64,000 bases of DNA from Nageia nagi (GCA_050084985.1 JBITNC010000001.1:114266001-114330000), one strand, 5' to 3'; shown: positions 26,901 through 38,940, counted from the first letter of the stretch. Translations and numbers: made by a program. Notes: generated by a model not told the origin, from the letters alone.

Positions 26901-29900
26901 GCTCTAGCCCAATATTGCATTAAAGCGGAGTGTTGAAATGTGTAATGCATTACTGGAAAGATTTTGTAATAATCTTCTATGTAAGTTCATTAATACTTAA
27001 GGGTATCATTTGATACCTTAAGTATTTAAGTGAATAAAATAATGTATTTTGTCCTACACTTCATGTGATGAGCATGCCTCTTGGGTAAAAGGATGTGCAT
27101 GTCGTGCTTTTGTACATTGGGTGAAAGGGTGATCCAAAGAAGGATTTTGGCCTATAAATAGAAAGCTCCCTCTTTGGATCAAACACCAATTTGTGGAGTA
27201 AAGTTATGCTAGTGGATAGTGTTTAGGAGTTGAGGTTAGAAAGATTGTAAGAGTTCATATTGTGAATGAAGTGAGATCTAGTTAGTGGATGTACTCCTAG
27301 TTGAAGAAACCACTTACATCTTGAGTTATCTTTGTGAGATTGTCTTATTTGAGTAATTTAGATATGATTTGTGAGGTTTCATACGATCTTGGGAATATAG
27401 AGTTGTTTAGTTTATATTGCAACTCTAACAACATCCATGGAGAATATTTCAATCTTTTATTGAGAATCCTTACTTATATCAGTATCTTAGAATTCATTCT
27501 TCTTCACCATGAATTCTATAACAAAATTTCTTACTCCTTACTGGAGTGTTTTTACAATTAGGGATTTCACAACTTATAGAAACATCCACTTCTACACAAA
27601 AGTAGCAGTCGCTACAAAAATAGCAGTTACTAAAAATAGACTCCAAAATTTTGTTTGAACTAGCACCCGGTACGGATTACACATGAAGGAGGATTGAGGG
27701 AGGTTGCACCACCACTACATCATGCAATACCATGCAAATCAGACTCCATTATTAACAATAAAGTATTGAACAGCTACCATCTTCTTCAGTGAAATCATGA
27801 CAATATAAAAGACCTATTAGAAACTATTTGTATCTTTCAATTATAAAATTTTACAGGAAGTACTAATATTCTGGAATTAGGCTGAATAAAATCTCTATAG
27901 TGTTGATTTCCATTGTTTTTCTTTGCCTGTACTGTGCCTTGTAGATCTATCAAGGCTATTATATTTAGAAATGCCTTTTGATATGTTCATAGTCTTCACT
28001 TGAAAAGATCATTAAAACACATTCTCTAAATTATGATTCTTTTACCTTCTAATGAGATATCAGGTATCAGGGCTTTATTTTAGAGGGCGGAGGATTTGGC
28101 ATGCCATGATTGCTGATCTATTAGACAACGGAATGGGCAAAGTGGAACAGGTTCCTTATTTTCTCTTTCTCATGCATGCATGTACATTTAATATTCCTCT
28201 TTGGTCTATACATTTATGAGTAGACACCCAATGCGTGGAATTTTGATAAAGACATCATATATTTCTCATATTCGGAATTAAGTTTTACTGTTTCTGTACA
28301 AGGCATTATTTCTCATTGAGATATGGTATACCTTACAGTATTTTTGAAATTTAGTGCTTTAAATTTTCAAATTACTTTTTTTTTTCTCATCCTTAAAATT
28401 CTTGTTCTGACAAATTAAGTCACTTTTAGGTTCACGTAGCAATCCTGCAGAAAACAATCCTACATAAAGAATCTGCACCAGATAATCACCTATGCACACC
28501 CTATATTGATCCCTTATAGTAATGTCCAAAAATAGGTATATCAAAACATTTGTACAATCACATAATGTGTGCTTTAGTTTTTATTTTCTAGTCTCATAGG
28601 CTCTCACTTGACATGTACTGCCTAAAAGGTTTGCACATATTTTACTTGCATGTCTGTTTTTTGACGTTATTATAACATTTTTAATTGAAGTCTACCCAAA
28701 TAATTCATTCGGTTCAACATTGATAGTTTCTATAATGCTAGATGAGTTCTTGTGAATGTCCACAAGGATGATTGTTATAATAACTCTCTTGTATAAACTC
28801 AAGAATTGGAATGGTAAGTGCAGAAGTAACAAGAGTTCTTGTTTATGATCAAAGTTGATGATATTAATAATTAGAGGCCAAGAACTTATAATCAAGTATC
28901 TCGAGATTTTGAAGTTGTGGATCAAGAGAATTCGAACAATATATGACTTACCTATATTTATGCATTAAGAAAAAACCTATGCTCCAAATAAGAAATACAA
29001 TTGCCAAAAACAGCAAAATAATCCCAACAAACTTGAAAAACTTGTTTTATTCCATACAGGAAATAAATTGCCGATAAATTCAAACTTATCGACAGCAGTT
29101 GAAAAAATCATGATAAATGGAAAATATTGAAAGAAGGGCCAAATGTTCAGGCACACAGTTCAAAACAGCTTATTTGTAATTGGAATTTTAACATAATTTA
29201 CTTGACATTATTTGTAATTTTCTGAATATTTTAAAAATGCAGGTGTTTTTTCTGGCTGCTTACCTTGTATTCTCAATATGAGTTTTCCTGGGGGTTGCCT
29301 ATAAATTGCTGGTCACAATTTTTTGGAACTATGTTAAGAACATTGATAAACCTAACTGGTAGATGTAATGTTACCTAGTGCCCATTGAAATGATTAATTT
29401 CACCTGTAGTTTTTATGAAAATGCAAAACAAGTCAGTGAGTTTTCTGATGATGGATTTAATTAGATAATCTGAACGTTTTTTATGTATTAATTTTTTTGC
29501 GAATAAATTGAAATTTGCACTGATTAAAACTAATATTTGAAGGCTCTTCTTTCTGGCTGTTCTGCTGGGGGTTTAGCTACATTTTTGCATTGTGATGATT
29601 TTCGGGAGCTTTTACCAGAGACTGCTTCTGTGAAATGTTTCAGTGATGCTGGATTCTTTCTTGATGCGTAAGACTTTCTCTTTCCTTCCATATTTTTATG
29701 CAGGGATGAAAAGAAGTTTTCAATTTTCATCTGTTTCCAAGTACTGAGCAGTCCTATAAAAAATATCACAAGAATTGGCTTATTTCAAACTTTGTTTTTA
29801 ACTTGTCATATTTGATTCAATGATGAGCTCTAATATGCATTAAATATTTTAATCTGTTTTTTATGTTGTTACGTAAACAATAAACAGGGAAGATATAAGT

Positions 29901-32900
29901 GGAAAGTTACATATAAGGTCTTTCTACCATGGTGTTGTTACACTCCAGGTAGTCCATTTCTTTTTTACTTGGATTTTGTATTTTACTTCAACATTTTGCA
30001 ACGCCATGTTTCCTTTATCTTACAGTAGTATTATTATCTTACACAAGGCACAGGAGGAATCTTCCATAGTTACTTCTGTTGACTTCTTTTCTTTTGGTTA
30101 TTTGTCAAACAATAAAGAAATTGAATTACAGTCTTCCATTCTTTCTGTTAGCAAACTGCTTTCTATTAAGAAGTGTAGCTTCGTCTCTGTTACCTCCATA
30201 CTGTTGGATCATTGCTTAATGTAGATGTAGATTTAAGATGCAAGGCCTGTGGAGAATGGCATGATTATGGTCGCCCAGATCCACAGATAAAAATAGATAC
30301 CTCAATCAGAACTTTCTTGAAATTTTTGAAGGCAGTTTACAATAGAGATGTTGCTGTCTTCTGTAACAGAACTCGAACAGGTAGGTACCTCACAAAACTA
30401 AACAGTGGAGAAAACGGACATGCAGGATGACAAACATGAAGGGTAGTAGGGCATATGCACTAATGCTTAGAGTATCCCTTTGCTACTACCCTTGGCCTGT
30501 GTCTTTCAATGGAACCATCACATATGTAGTTGGTCAGATTATAGATCCATTTCACACCTATGGCATCCTTGCGCTCAGGAAATTCAATTATCTCTCATCT
30601 TTCATTCTTCTTAATAGAATCAATGTCTTTTCCCATAGCTTTGACCCATTCGTTCTTCCCAATTGCTTCTTTAGACTTGGATGGCTCAATACCAAGATTG
30701 GACATTATTAGCGCATAATTCACCATCTCTGCCTCATTGTGACTAACTTAACTTCTAGTCCATTTTCTAGTGCATTTTTTTATCAAGATTTTGACTAGAA
30801 GGATGTGCTTGGATTAACTTCTACTTGTGCTTCTTGATGTAGCATTTAAAGGAGGAAAATTTGTGCCTCCATTTACTTCCTGTTCTTCTGAGTCTTCAAT
30901 ATCAGCCATGTCTTGCTTGCTTTCTTCTCATGGTCTTCATATAATCGTCCAACAAAGATCACAACTCTTGAAATAACCAACTTCCTTTGAGTGTCATACA
31001 ACCTGTATGCTTCACTTTCTTCACAATAGCAGATGAAGATACATGATTGGCTTTTAGAATCTTGGTTTCCCCTCTTCTCATCATTCACATGCTCATATGC
31101 CAAACCAATGGTTTCTTACCATGCCATGCTTTAGATGGAGTTTGATCCTTCAATACCTTTATAGGACTCCTATTTAAGATGTGTTCCTCTTCAACAACTG
31201 CTTCAACTCATTCCAATTCCTTTGGATTTACTTCCAACCATTTCCATGATTTCCCTATTTTTCTTTCAACGAGACCTTTTTGTTATGGACTATCAAATAG
31301 CCACTCCTCTTCTCAACCTTGGCTATCAACTTCTTGAAGACCCCAAATGCATGGTTCCTACAATTACGAAAAATAGATCCACATCATTATTGTAGAGTTA
31401 TTTATGAAGGTGATGAAGTAAAATGATTCAACAATGCCTTAAGTTTGCATATGACCATAAATATTGATTGCATCAAATGACATGGGTATTAAGCTCTCCT
31501 TGTGCTACTTGTAAATTGTCTCCACGACACTCACCTAATGTACATCCACCACATAATTTCTTTTGTACTTGTATACTTGGAAACATAACATGGTCTTTGA
31601 ATGCAAATCATGTAGACAATCAAAATTCAAGCACCCAGTTTTATGCCATAACCATGACTGTTCTTAGAATGAGGTAAGATAGAAGCTTGTACTATCATTG
31701 TTTCAACAAAAACATCCTATTTTCCACCATTGGAACAATAAAAATCACCTTGTTATTCTTTTCTCTTGTGATAGATCACACATTGCTTATTATCAAAATA
31801 CATCTTGTAACCTTACCAATCAATTGACTCACACTCATGAGATTATGCTTCAAACATGGAGTATGATATATGTCTTAAAATTTCTTCTTATCTTATTTTA
31901 TATTAAGAAGCAATGTTCCCTTACCTTTCGCATACGATGCCTTCTCAGTACCAAGCTTCACCTTTTGAAACTATCATCCATCTCTATGAACCCATCTTTG
32001 CACCCAGTCATATGTTTTGAGCAACTGTAATCAAGGGCCAAACATCATTTTTTGCATTGTCAGCCATATTGCAAGTGAGAAACACATCTGAGGGTTTGCC
32101 TTTTTGTATAGACTCAACCATATTTTTGTTGTCTTTTTTGTAATTCTCTCTAAAAGTTTCTACATCTTAAGTATTGAGAATCTTTTTTTCTTCACTAGCA
32201 CTCCTCAATCTATAATCCTTCTCGATGTGTCCATATCTTCTGTTGCAATGGTGGCGTTGAATGTTTCTTCTATTAAATTATTAATTACCTTCCTCTTCAT
32301 CTACCATATGAATTTCCATATCCACCTTTAGAAAGTCCTCTTCTCCTTTAAAATCATGAATGTTTGAAGAACTTTCTTCATAAGAGCTTCAAATTTTGGC
32401 CTTTGAATAAAATTCTTGCTTCAATTGAAATTCAGTTATTTTTATTGTATCTTGATGTAAGAAGAGCCTCAATTTGCGCATAAAGTGTTCAAATCTTTAC
32501 TTTCTTCAATAACCATCACAACATTATTCCACTCAGGTTGCAAGCTTATAAGAATTTTCTTCACAACAATATGATCACTAATGGTCTCATTAAGAGTCTT
32601 AATTCTATTCATGATATCATCTACCCTTGCATGCAATTTACCTATATCTTCATTATCTTTCCTTATCAAACATTCATACATTCTTGAGATTTTGAAGTTT
32701 TACCAATTTAAGTTGGGCCGATCCTTGATATGCTTTCCACAATGTCTTCCATGCTTCATTGGCATTCTTTGTTTGGGCAATCCTTGGAAATATGCTGGCC
32801 TCCATTGTTCTATAGCAAAGAACATGGTTAATGAATCTTTCTACTTTTTCACCTTTTCATTCATTAGATCAGGTATAAGCACATTCGAATATGCTGTTCC

Positions 32901-35900
32901 TCCTAGCGATTCTCATAATCTCCCAAGCATCCTTCCATGTAAACGGCGTCTTCATCTTGATAAAGCAACAGTCCTAGTTCCCACCTCTCAAGGATGGATT
33001 AAGTATAGATGAATTATTGTTTGCCATTATAGCTTGCACAATGATATTTGAGATCTCCTTTCAAATCAGCTAGATCTAGGGCTCTTATTTATGAAGTTCT
33101 TGACTCTAGATACCTCTATCCTAGGCTCTTTTCAACCCTATCAATTATAAAATAACTTAGCTTTGATACTACTTGTTAGAGAATTGCCCAATTTAGCCTA
33201 GAATTAAGATGCAAAACCCATGGAAGATACTTAAACCAAAATTCTAGACCTACTCGAATTGAAATATGAAACGAACTCGATCACACAAACATAATGTGAG
33301 CCAAGATTTTACCAAACAATTGTATCTTGATTACTCCTATTAATATATAAATGACTTTACATCCATAAAAATACTACTGTTGCAAATATAACATCGATTA
33401 GGTTTGAGCTCATAACCTATCACTACACACAAAAGCATAAGAACATAAGACTAAGGACTACTTTCCTAATTTGGTTTCCTATTTTATAATTACTAATTAT
33501 ATTATTTCATAATTAAACAGAAAGATACTTTATATTGACTGGACCCAATCTAGTTTATTTGTTCTTTTAACAAAAGCATTATCATGCCTCGACCTGCAAA
33601 ATCATGGGCCGACTGAGTTGTGACATCACCTTCAGGATTGCGATATTTACATCATATTCCGCTTAGACGTGTTTGGCATCAGATTCCTCACTAGAATACT
33701 CTTTCTGTGGGGCCAAATGCCTGCTTACTGGAACTAGGGGGGTCATTTTTGTTTTCGTTCCCAAGTTTTCTAACAGATAGATGATTTTGAGGCTGGGCAG
33801 GAAGGAGCCCAGGGTATGGTTTTGTGCCTGCAAAATTTCTCCTTTGGCTCTCAATGTGAACAAATCTTGCATAATGTGCCCAAAAATATTCTTAGCCTCA
33901 ACCCTGAATAGGAATAATTCATTTCTTCCCTAAAGGCTTTTATTGTTAACCTTGCTAGACATTAATGTGTACTTTTTTCTCCTGAAAGCTTCCATCCCTC
34001 ACTTACGGATGTGTTTTCCAAAAAATGTTCATCTATTCTTATCACTCCATGCAGGAAGGCGGGACACAGCCAAGTAAGTAGGACAGAGATGACATATATG
34101 TGCACAAGTGTGATGTTGTAGGGAAAATGGAAAATGGGTACATGATTAGAGGAATTTTTCTCCTTGTGCTTGTGGGTTGGTTCAAGATTGGCTAGTCAAT
34201 GGCTGCATTCTTGTTTCTCAAGAACTATTGTTGAACTTGAATTACTGTTATTGCTATAATAGTTAAGGATCACGATTGTTTTTTATGGCTGAGAATCATG
34301 CTACATAACTATCGAGCCACAATGTCATTTACTCAACTATTTGAAGCATCAGATAAGGGGAAAGGAAAGTCAGTGCCTTGAGGCATGAACCTTATTAATA
34401 CTTTAGAGATACTAACGAACTAAATAATCCCTGTTCCTTTGTTATTAATTACAGCAATTTCCTTGTAGGGGTACCAATGGTTTATAATTTGCAATAGTCA
34501 TAGAAGCAACTCCTGTGGATGATTTTGATGGGTCATAGTGCCCCAAAAGGTGTGAAATTTCACCACAGATTTAGTAATCACATTCTTCGTTTTGATTTAG
34601 CATGGCTGCATTTGAATTGATACCAACCCTAGAGCAATAGTTGATGTCTTCATGTATGTATCATGTACAAGGGAAGGTGGTCCTTCACATTTCCATTATT
34701 TCATTCCGGAAATGCGTCTTCTTCTTGGTAGGAGGAATTTGTATTGTATTTCAATTGTAATATGTATCGTTTGTTTGACAAGATGTTGAATCTTCTGGTT
34801 CATCAAACTGATCACCTAAGAATTGTATTAAGCCTTCTATTATATGTGGTTCTATTTTCGAGATTAGTTTTATATCAAGCTGACTTATTTGTTTAAAATC
34901 AGATACAGTTTTATTGGTTGATTTCTTTTTGTCTCAATCATACTTCGTGCATGCTAATGTGTTGCTGTTTGTTGTTGAAGTTTATTTCAAAGTGAATGAA
35001 TACAATACCTTGAAATTACCTTTAGTTCCTTTCACAAGATTTTAATTTTGTTTATGATTTTCTTTCATGTGTTTGTCAATAACTTCAGGGAGTAGACAAG
35101 CACTTACCAAAGAATTGTATTACCTCACAATCAGATCCAATACAGGTGCCAAATATCATTTACAATCTGTCTTATGACAAATTTGTAGTCTTGAGGAATG
35201 TTTCATATTTCTGACAATAGTGTAATGAAATGGCAGTGCTTCTTTCCACAGTATGAATTGCCTTATATTAAAACACCCTTTTTCGTGTTGAATGCAGCAT
35301 ATGATACTTGGCAGGTGATTTTCTCTTTTTACTGTCATTTGTGGAAAAATATCATTCACATTATATTCCAAGAAATTTAATTCTGTTTATTCTATGGTTT
35401 GTGCAGGTTCATAATATTTTGGTACCAGGATCAGCTGATCCTCATGGTCATTGGCATCAATGCAAGAACAATCCAGTTAATTGCACAACAGATCAATTAG
35501 AGATATTACAAGGTACTATTCCTTCTTTATTGCTTGTAGTTCACTACTGTTGACCTTGGTAACAGAAAGAAAAAGAATGGCTTCCATAGCAATTTGCATA
35601 TTCAAGTATTTCCTTCAATGTTTCTTTTAGTGCTTATTATTTTCTGAAGCTAAACACTAGCATAAACCAGCTCTAGTACCCAAGTGAGTAGGGCCACAAA
35701 TTGATCCAAATTTTAACTTTAAGGCAATCATTCTCCTAATATTAATTGGTTCTGTGCAATCCAATTTTCCTAGATTGATTATCTAATTCCTTTGTATTTA
35801 TCTCTGTATATAATTTAACTTTTTAATTCCTTAAGATGAAATATTTGAATGTCTTGCCTATAAGGTTTGTTTCTGTTTTGTATTTTTTTGATGGTATCTT

Positions 35901-37271
35901 ATGATATTGTCAAGAAGCTTGAAATCAGTCATAACATCCTTGGAGGAAAAAACTCACCAATTTTATTGTCATGGGTACATAGATTAATAGGACAATGACC
36001 ATGGCTTCCTTGAGGAAGCATGGAAATGCAGTAACCCACCATCAAACATTTCAGGATATTTGGAGGTTATGTGATATTTCGATTGAGTGTTACATGTCTC
36101 CAAATTATGAGTAGTTGAATTGAAAAGTCTTATAGAGGCTTGAATATGAATTACGATGCAAATGAAATATGGAAAGACTATTGTGATACAACTGAAAAAG
36201 CATATTCATAAAAACTATATTTCAGAATTTGTTACTGACAACAATTTTCTCTATATGATATTCCAAGGTATATTTATTTGATGTTTTTTGCAAACAGGAT
36301 ATAGGATTGAGATGCTTAATACATTGAAAGCCTACGAAGACTCTGAAACTGGAGGCATGTATATTAACTCATGCTTTGCACATTGCCAATCAGAGAATCA
36401 AGACACGTGGTTTGCGCCCAACTCTCCAATCCTTAACAATAAGGTAACTTCGAAATCAAACCAATTTTATTACTTAGTGAGAGGACTGTGATGACCTCTG
36501 TTTTGGTAGATTATATATATATAAACACACGCACAGATGGTGCATAATTCTCTCTATGAAAATGGATCTAGATCCAAAATCAACTACGCAATGATGAGAA
36601 TTAATCTAGTGGTTATGCCCTTATGAAATATCTCTGTTATCTTCTCATCCACATATGATAGTTCGCTGGAGCCTTTTCTAACAGGCACTAAGTCAGTCTC
36701 AATGAGACTCTTTGCATTCTTATGTCTTGGGTGATTTGCTAGTACTTGGTCTTACAGTCTCACTTATGGGACACTTATCCTCATCTTTGTAAAAGTACCT
36801 ATTCCCCCTAATGAAGATTTGATGAATACTTTCTTTCTTTCGTGCATTTATATGCAAGATTCAATTTTTCTTTTCTTTGTTAGTCCACATCATTTTTGTT
36901 AGCAGAGCCTTTTTTGAAGCCATCCTCAATGACAGTAGAAATGTTCAAGGCAATGGATCTTGTAGCTTTTCTTCTGTTTCACTGTTCCAGTTTCCTATTG
37001 AGAACTACCATTCAAAAGATTATCAACATTGGATGCACATTAAATGATAAATAGATGATGAAAACTGAGTAACATTTGTTTTTGCTTTATGTAACATGAC
37101 TTTCTTGTTATACATATCTGTACCTGTTGGTATTCTAATCTTATTTGATATGGTTTATAGACCATTGCAGAGGCTGTTGGAGATTGGTACTTTGAAAGAA
37201 GAACTGTAAAGGAAATAGACTGTCCCTACCCATGTGATCAAACTTGCCACAACCTAATTTATTCAAATTAA
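11791..37271 (+). CDS. PAE9: Pectin acetylesterase (PAE/Notum family, PAE9-like), 12 exons, 420 aa: join(11791-11995,12351-12433,12780-12909,17706-17779,28064-28150,29543-29667,29888-29948,35089-35145,35237-35314,35407-35512,36298-36443,37161-37271)
   Basis: Manual splicing gives an uninterrupted 1263-nt ORF with GT-AG introns and consistent phases. Motifs: hydrophobic N-terminal segment, [49 protein letters not shown] (catalytic Ser), NAAYD (Asp), SCFAHCQ (His), [15 protein letters not shown]. The PAE9 subtype is inferred from TFLHCD, FFPQY..IKTPFF and [15 protein letters not shown]; the family call is more certain than the subtype. The start ATG is the first in-frame ATG, not verified. Confidence 0.95.
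12351..12433 (+). CDS. PAE exon 2 ([28 protein letters not shown])
   Basis: Acceptor TGCAG, donor GTAAGT; conserved CLDG motif. Confidence 0.95.
12780..12909 (+). CDS. PAE exon 3 ([11 protein letters not shown]...[11 protein letters not shown])
   Basis: Acceptor AACAG, donor GTGAGT; GGGWC oxyanion-loop motif. Confidence 0.95.
15258..15698. repeat. Old tandem duplication (~190-bp homologous blocks at ~15258-15450 and ~15511-15698) in PAE intron 3
   Basis: Shared AACCATGTCAATAT..CTGCAA, CAGCATATTCC, CTCCTTGTAA.TCTTA.TATAACAAGCATCCATG.CTTTAG and TGTATAC in the same order. Confidence 0.7.
17011..17315. mobile_element. Possible hAT-type MITE in intron 3, related to the elements at 38041 and 42517
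   Basis: Left end CATAGTAGTCGAACTC; right end GAGTCTAACTACT (imperfect inverted repeat); GAGT/ACTC-rich interior. Confidence 0.35.
17706..17779 (+). CDS. PAE exon 4 ([25 protein letters not shown])
   Basis: Acceptor AACAG, donor GTGTGT; phase matches exon 3. Confidence 0.93.
18600..20350 (-). mobile_element. Old Ty3/gypsy gag-protease remnant containing a ~600-bp tandem duplication (~19144-19729 and ~19729-20347)
   Basis: Minus strand reads [20 protein letters not shown] and [13 protein letters not shown] (gag), and MILVDS (protease-like). The two duplicated units align throughout; unit 2 has ~40 bp extra at ~19786-19825. Confidence 0.6.
20575..23434 (-). mobile_element. Ty3/gypsy chromovirus, 5'-truncated: RT-RNaseH-integrase-chromodomain, PPT and 3' LTR (20575-20983)
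   Basis: [48 protein letters not shown] (RT); [16 protein letters not shown] (RH); HHCC zinc finger and [15 protein letters not shown] (IN); [10 protein letters not shown]; EVLVQ*..PEDATWE (chromodomain). PPT CAAGAGGGGTGGCA precedes an LTR with TGTTA...TAACA ends. Frameshifts and stops present. Confidence 0.95.
23431..27433 (+). mobile_element. Ty1/copia, 5'-truncated: protease tail, GAG-pre-integrase, integrase, RT, RNaseH, ~730-bp spacer, PPT and 3' LTR (26931-27433)
   Basis: [15 protein letters not shown] (PR tail); [23 protein letters not shown] (IN); [30 protein letters not shown] (RT); [27 protein letters not shown] (RH). PPT TAAAGCGGAG, then LTR TGTTG...CAACA with TATAAATA at 27153. 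Confidence 0.95.
28064..28150 (+). CDS. PAE exon 5 ([29 protein letters not shown])
   Basis: Acceptor ATCAG, donor GTTCCT; LYFRG..IW motif. Confidence 0.92.
29543..29667 (+). CDS. PAE exon 6 ([18 protein letters not shown]...[12 protein letters not shown])
   Basis: Catalytic GCSAGG; donor GTAAGA. Confidence 0.96.
29888..29948 (+). CDS. PAE exon 7 ([20 protein letters not shown])
   Basis: Acceptor AACAG, donor GTAGTC; phase 2 in, phase 0 out. Confidence 0.92.
30455..33572 (-). mobile_element. Ty1/copia, 3'-truncated, in PAE intron 7: 5' LTR (33174-33572), PBS (~33159-33171), gag, protease, integrase and start of RT
   Basis: LTR ends TGTTA/TAACA; decayed Met-PBS (AGTAGTATCAAAGCT on minus); gag ([46 protein letters not shown]); PR ([11 protein letters not shown]); IN C-terminus ([24 protein letters not shown]); RT start ([22 protein letters not shown]), after which homology stops. 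Confidence 0.9.
35089..35145 (+). CDS. PAE exon 8 ([19 protein letters not shown])
   Basis: Acceptor TTCAG, donor GTGCCA. Confidence 0.9.
35237..35314 (+). CDS. PAE exon 9 ([26 protein letters not shown])
   Basis: Acceptor GGCAG, donor GTGATT; catalytic Asp in AAYD. Confidence 0.96.
35407..35512 (+). CDS. PAE exon 10 ([20 protein letters not shown]...LEILQ)
   Basis: Acceptor TGCAG, donor GTACTA. Confidence 0.95.
36298..36443 (+). CDS. PAE exon 11 (GYRIEML...[31 protein letters not shown])
   Basis: Acceptor AACAG, donor GTAACT; catalytic His in FAHCQ. Confidence 0.96.
37161..37271 (+). CDS. PAE exon 12 ([36 protein letters not shown])
   Basis: Acceptor TATAG; conserved C-terminus; TAA at 37269-37271. 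Confidence 0.96.
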   Translation, partial: TIAEAVGDWYFERRTVKEIDCPYPCDQTCHNLIYSN

Positions 37272-38040
37272 CAATGATGAACAGCGATTCATTACAAAGC
37301 AGAGATATGACAAATTATTTCCAGTTATTCCCTGCCGAAGGCAGGGGAGTTTATATGATTGTTTCTAATCCATTTTGACAAAATATTCAATCATGTGGAC
37401 ATTGTAGCGAGCAAGTATCATGTTTATTTTTTAAAGACGTTTAAATTTCTCTTATATATGTAACTCCCATTAATTGTTAATGCTATTGCCTTGAAACTAA
37501 ATTTATGTCCAATTTTGGAAGTTTGAGTTGTGATATATATTCATTTGTTTGATTGCACATTGGTACAGAAAAAATGTTCCAATGACTGTTATTTGCGTAG
37601 TAACAACATGCAAAAAATCAACCTGAAGTTATTGTTTGTCTATATTTTGAGTACTTGTTTTTGTTGTGTCTAAACTTTTAAATATGATCGGCTGACCTAC
37701 TAATCCAAATTACCTTGCCATCCCATTTTGTACTAACAACTAAAATATACGGGAGAGAATGAAATATGTGGGGACAATCTATGGTCTTTTTGTTTTTTGG
37801 TTGTTTATAATCATGCTTTTGAGATGTAAGAGTTATCAAACAATTATCCTAGACAAATTAGTTTAGAATCCTTTGGTGCAGTAAGACATAAAAATTGCTG
37901 CATGGAGGCTACAGTATCTCTTTTCTTTCAATTTCTTCATGTGATATATTCATAAAAATATCATTTAATCAACAGTTCATATTTCTGATAGTTCAAGTTT
38001 CTTGAATGATTTATGTTCAATGAATGGTGTTTGCACTTAG

Positions 38041-38940
38041 CATAGTTCTAAAGCTTGGAGTTGGTTCGAACTCAGGGAGGTCCACTTAGGGCTCAGACTT
38101 GTGATTTGAAAAAACAAAAAAACTTGATGGAACTCAAAAGCAAAGATAAAAAAAGAAAGTAGATTTTCATTGAAAATTCAATTTTCTCATGAATATTACT
38201 GTTTAGTATCTTCTAACACACTCTTCATTCAACAATATAAAAATAAGCATTAAGAAGAGAAAGGGGTATATTCTTTCTTGTATTCATCAAAATATGTACA
38301 GTACAAAATGTTGTCATGTTTCAAGAGCCATGACAAAATACAAAATCAAACAGTATTAGCAGTGAGCACTAAGTAAACACAATCTTTGGAGATAAACTAT
38401 TTGGTAGTTGATTTGTCCTTGGACCTAGAATAATCTTTAAGACTAAGCTCTCTTTATGTTCTCTGTGTCTATCCTTGCGCCTTCGTAGTTGCTCATGCCC
38501 TTTGCTCTTTTTTATCATTCCCTGGTGATTCCTTTGCTAGTTTTTCAAGTTCATGCATGGGGATGGTCAGATCCTTTAAAGGTTGCTCCTTCTTGATCCA
38601 TTTAGAGGATGGATCAATTTGCTCTAGATCAATGGCCTCATAATATGAACTTGTTCCTTGTTTATGGTGGACGAGTAAGTTATAATGTATTAACACAAGG
38701 TCATTCAAATTCTCTTCTATTAATCTATTCTTTATGGAGTGTATCTGTTCAAAAACACTCTAATTGCACTTACAACCTGAAGCTTTGCATGATTGAGTAA
38801 AATGTTTATTGTAAAGCACATTAGGTTGGGTGTATAATCTCCAAAATCTTCCCACCATAAATATGAAAAAAACCAAGAAATGCAAATATGGAAAGAGAAA
38901 TACTTGAAGGAAATATAAAACACTCAACAAACAATAAATG
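38041..38940 (-). mobile_element. hAT DNA transposon 3' fragment: terminal inverted repeat (38041-38058) and transposase dimerisation-domain remnant
   Basis: Minus strand WWEDFGDYTPNL..FTINIL and NDLVLIHYNL..YEAIDLEQID..KWI, typical of the hAT C-terminus. Terminus CATAGTTCTAAAGCTTGG matches the TIR of the 42517-42791 element at 16/18. Confidence 0.75.

Noticed and set aside
28064-28070. Alternative acceptor 7 nt into exon 5 (CAG GTATCAG)
   Set aside because: It would shift the frame; no evidence without transcripts.
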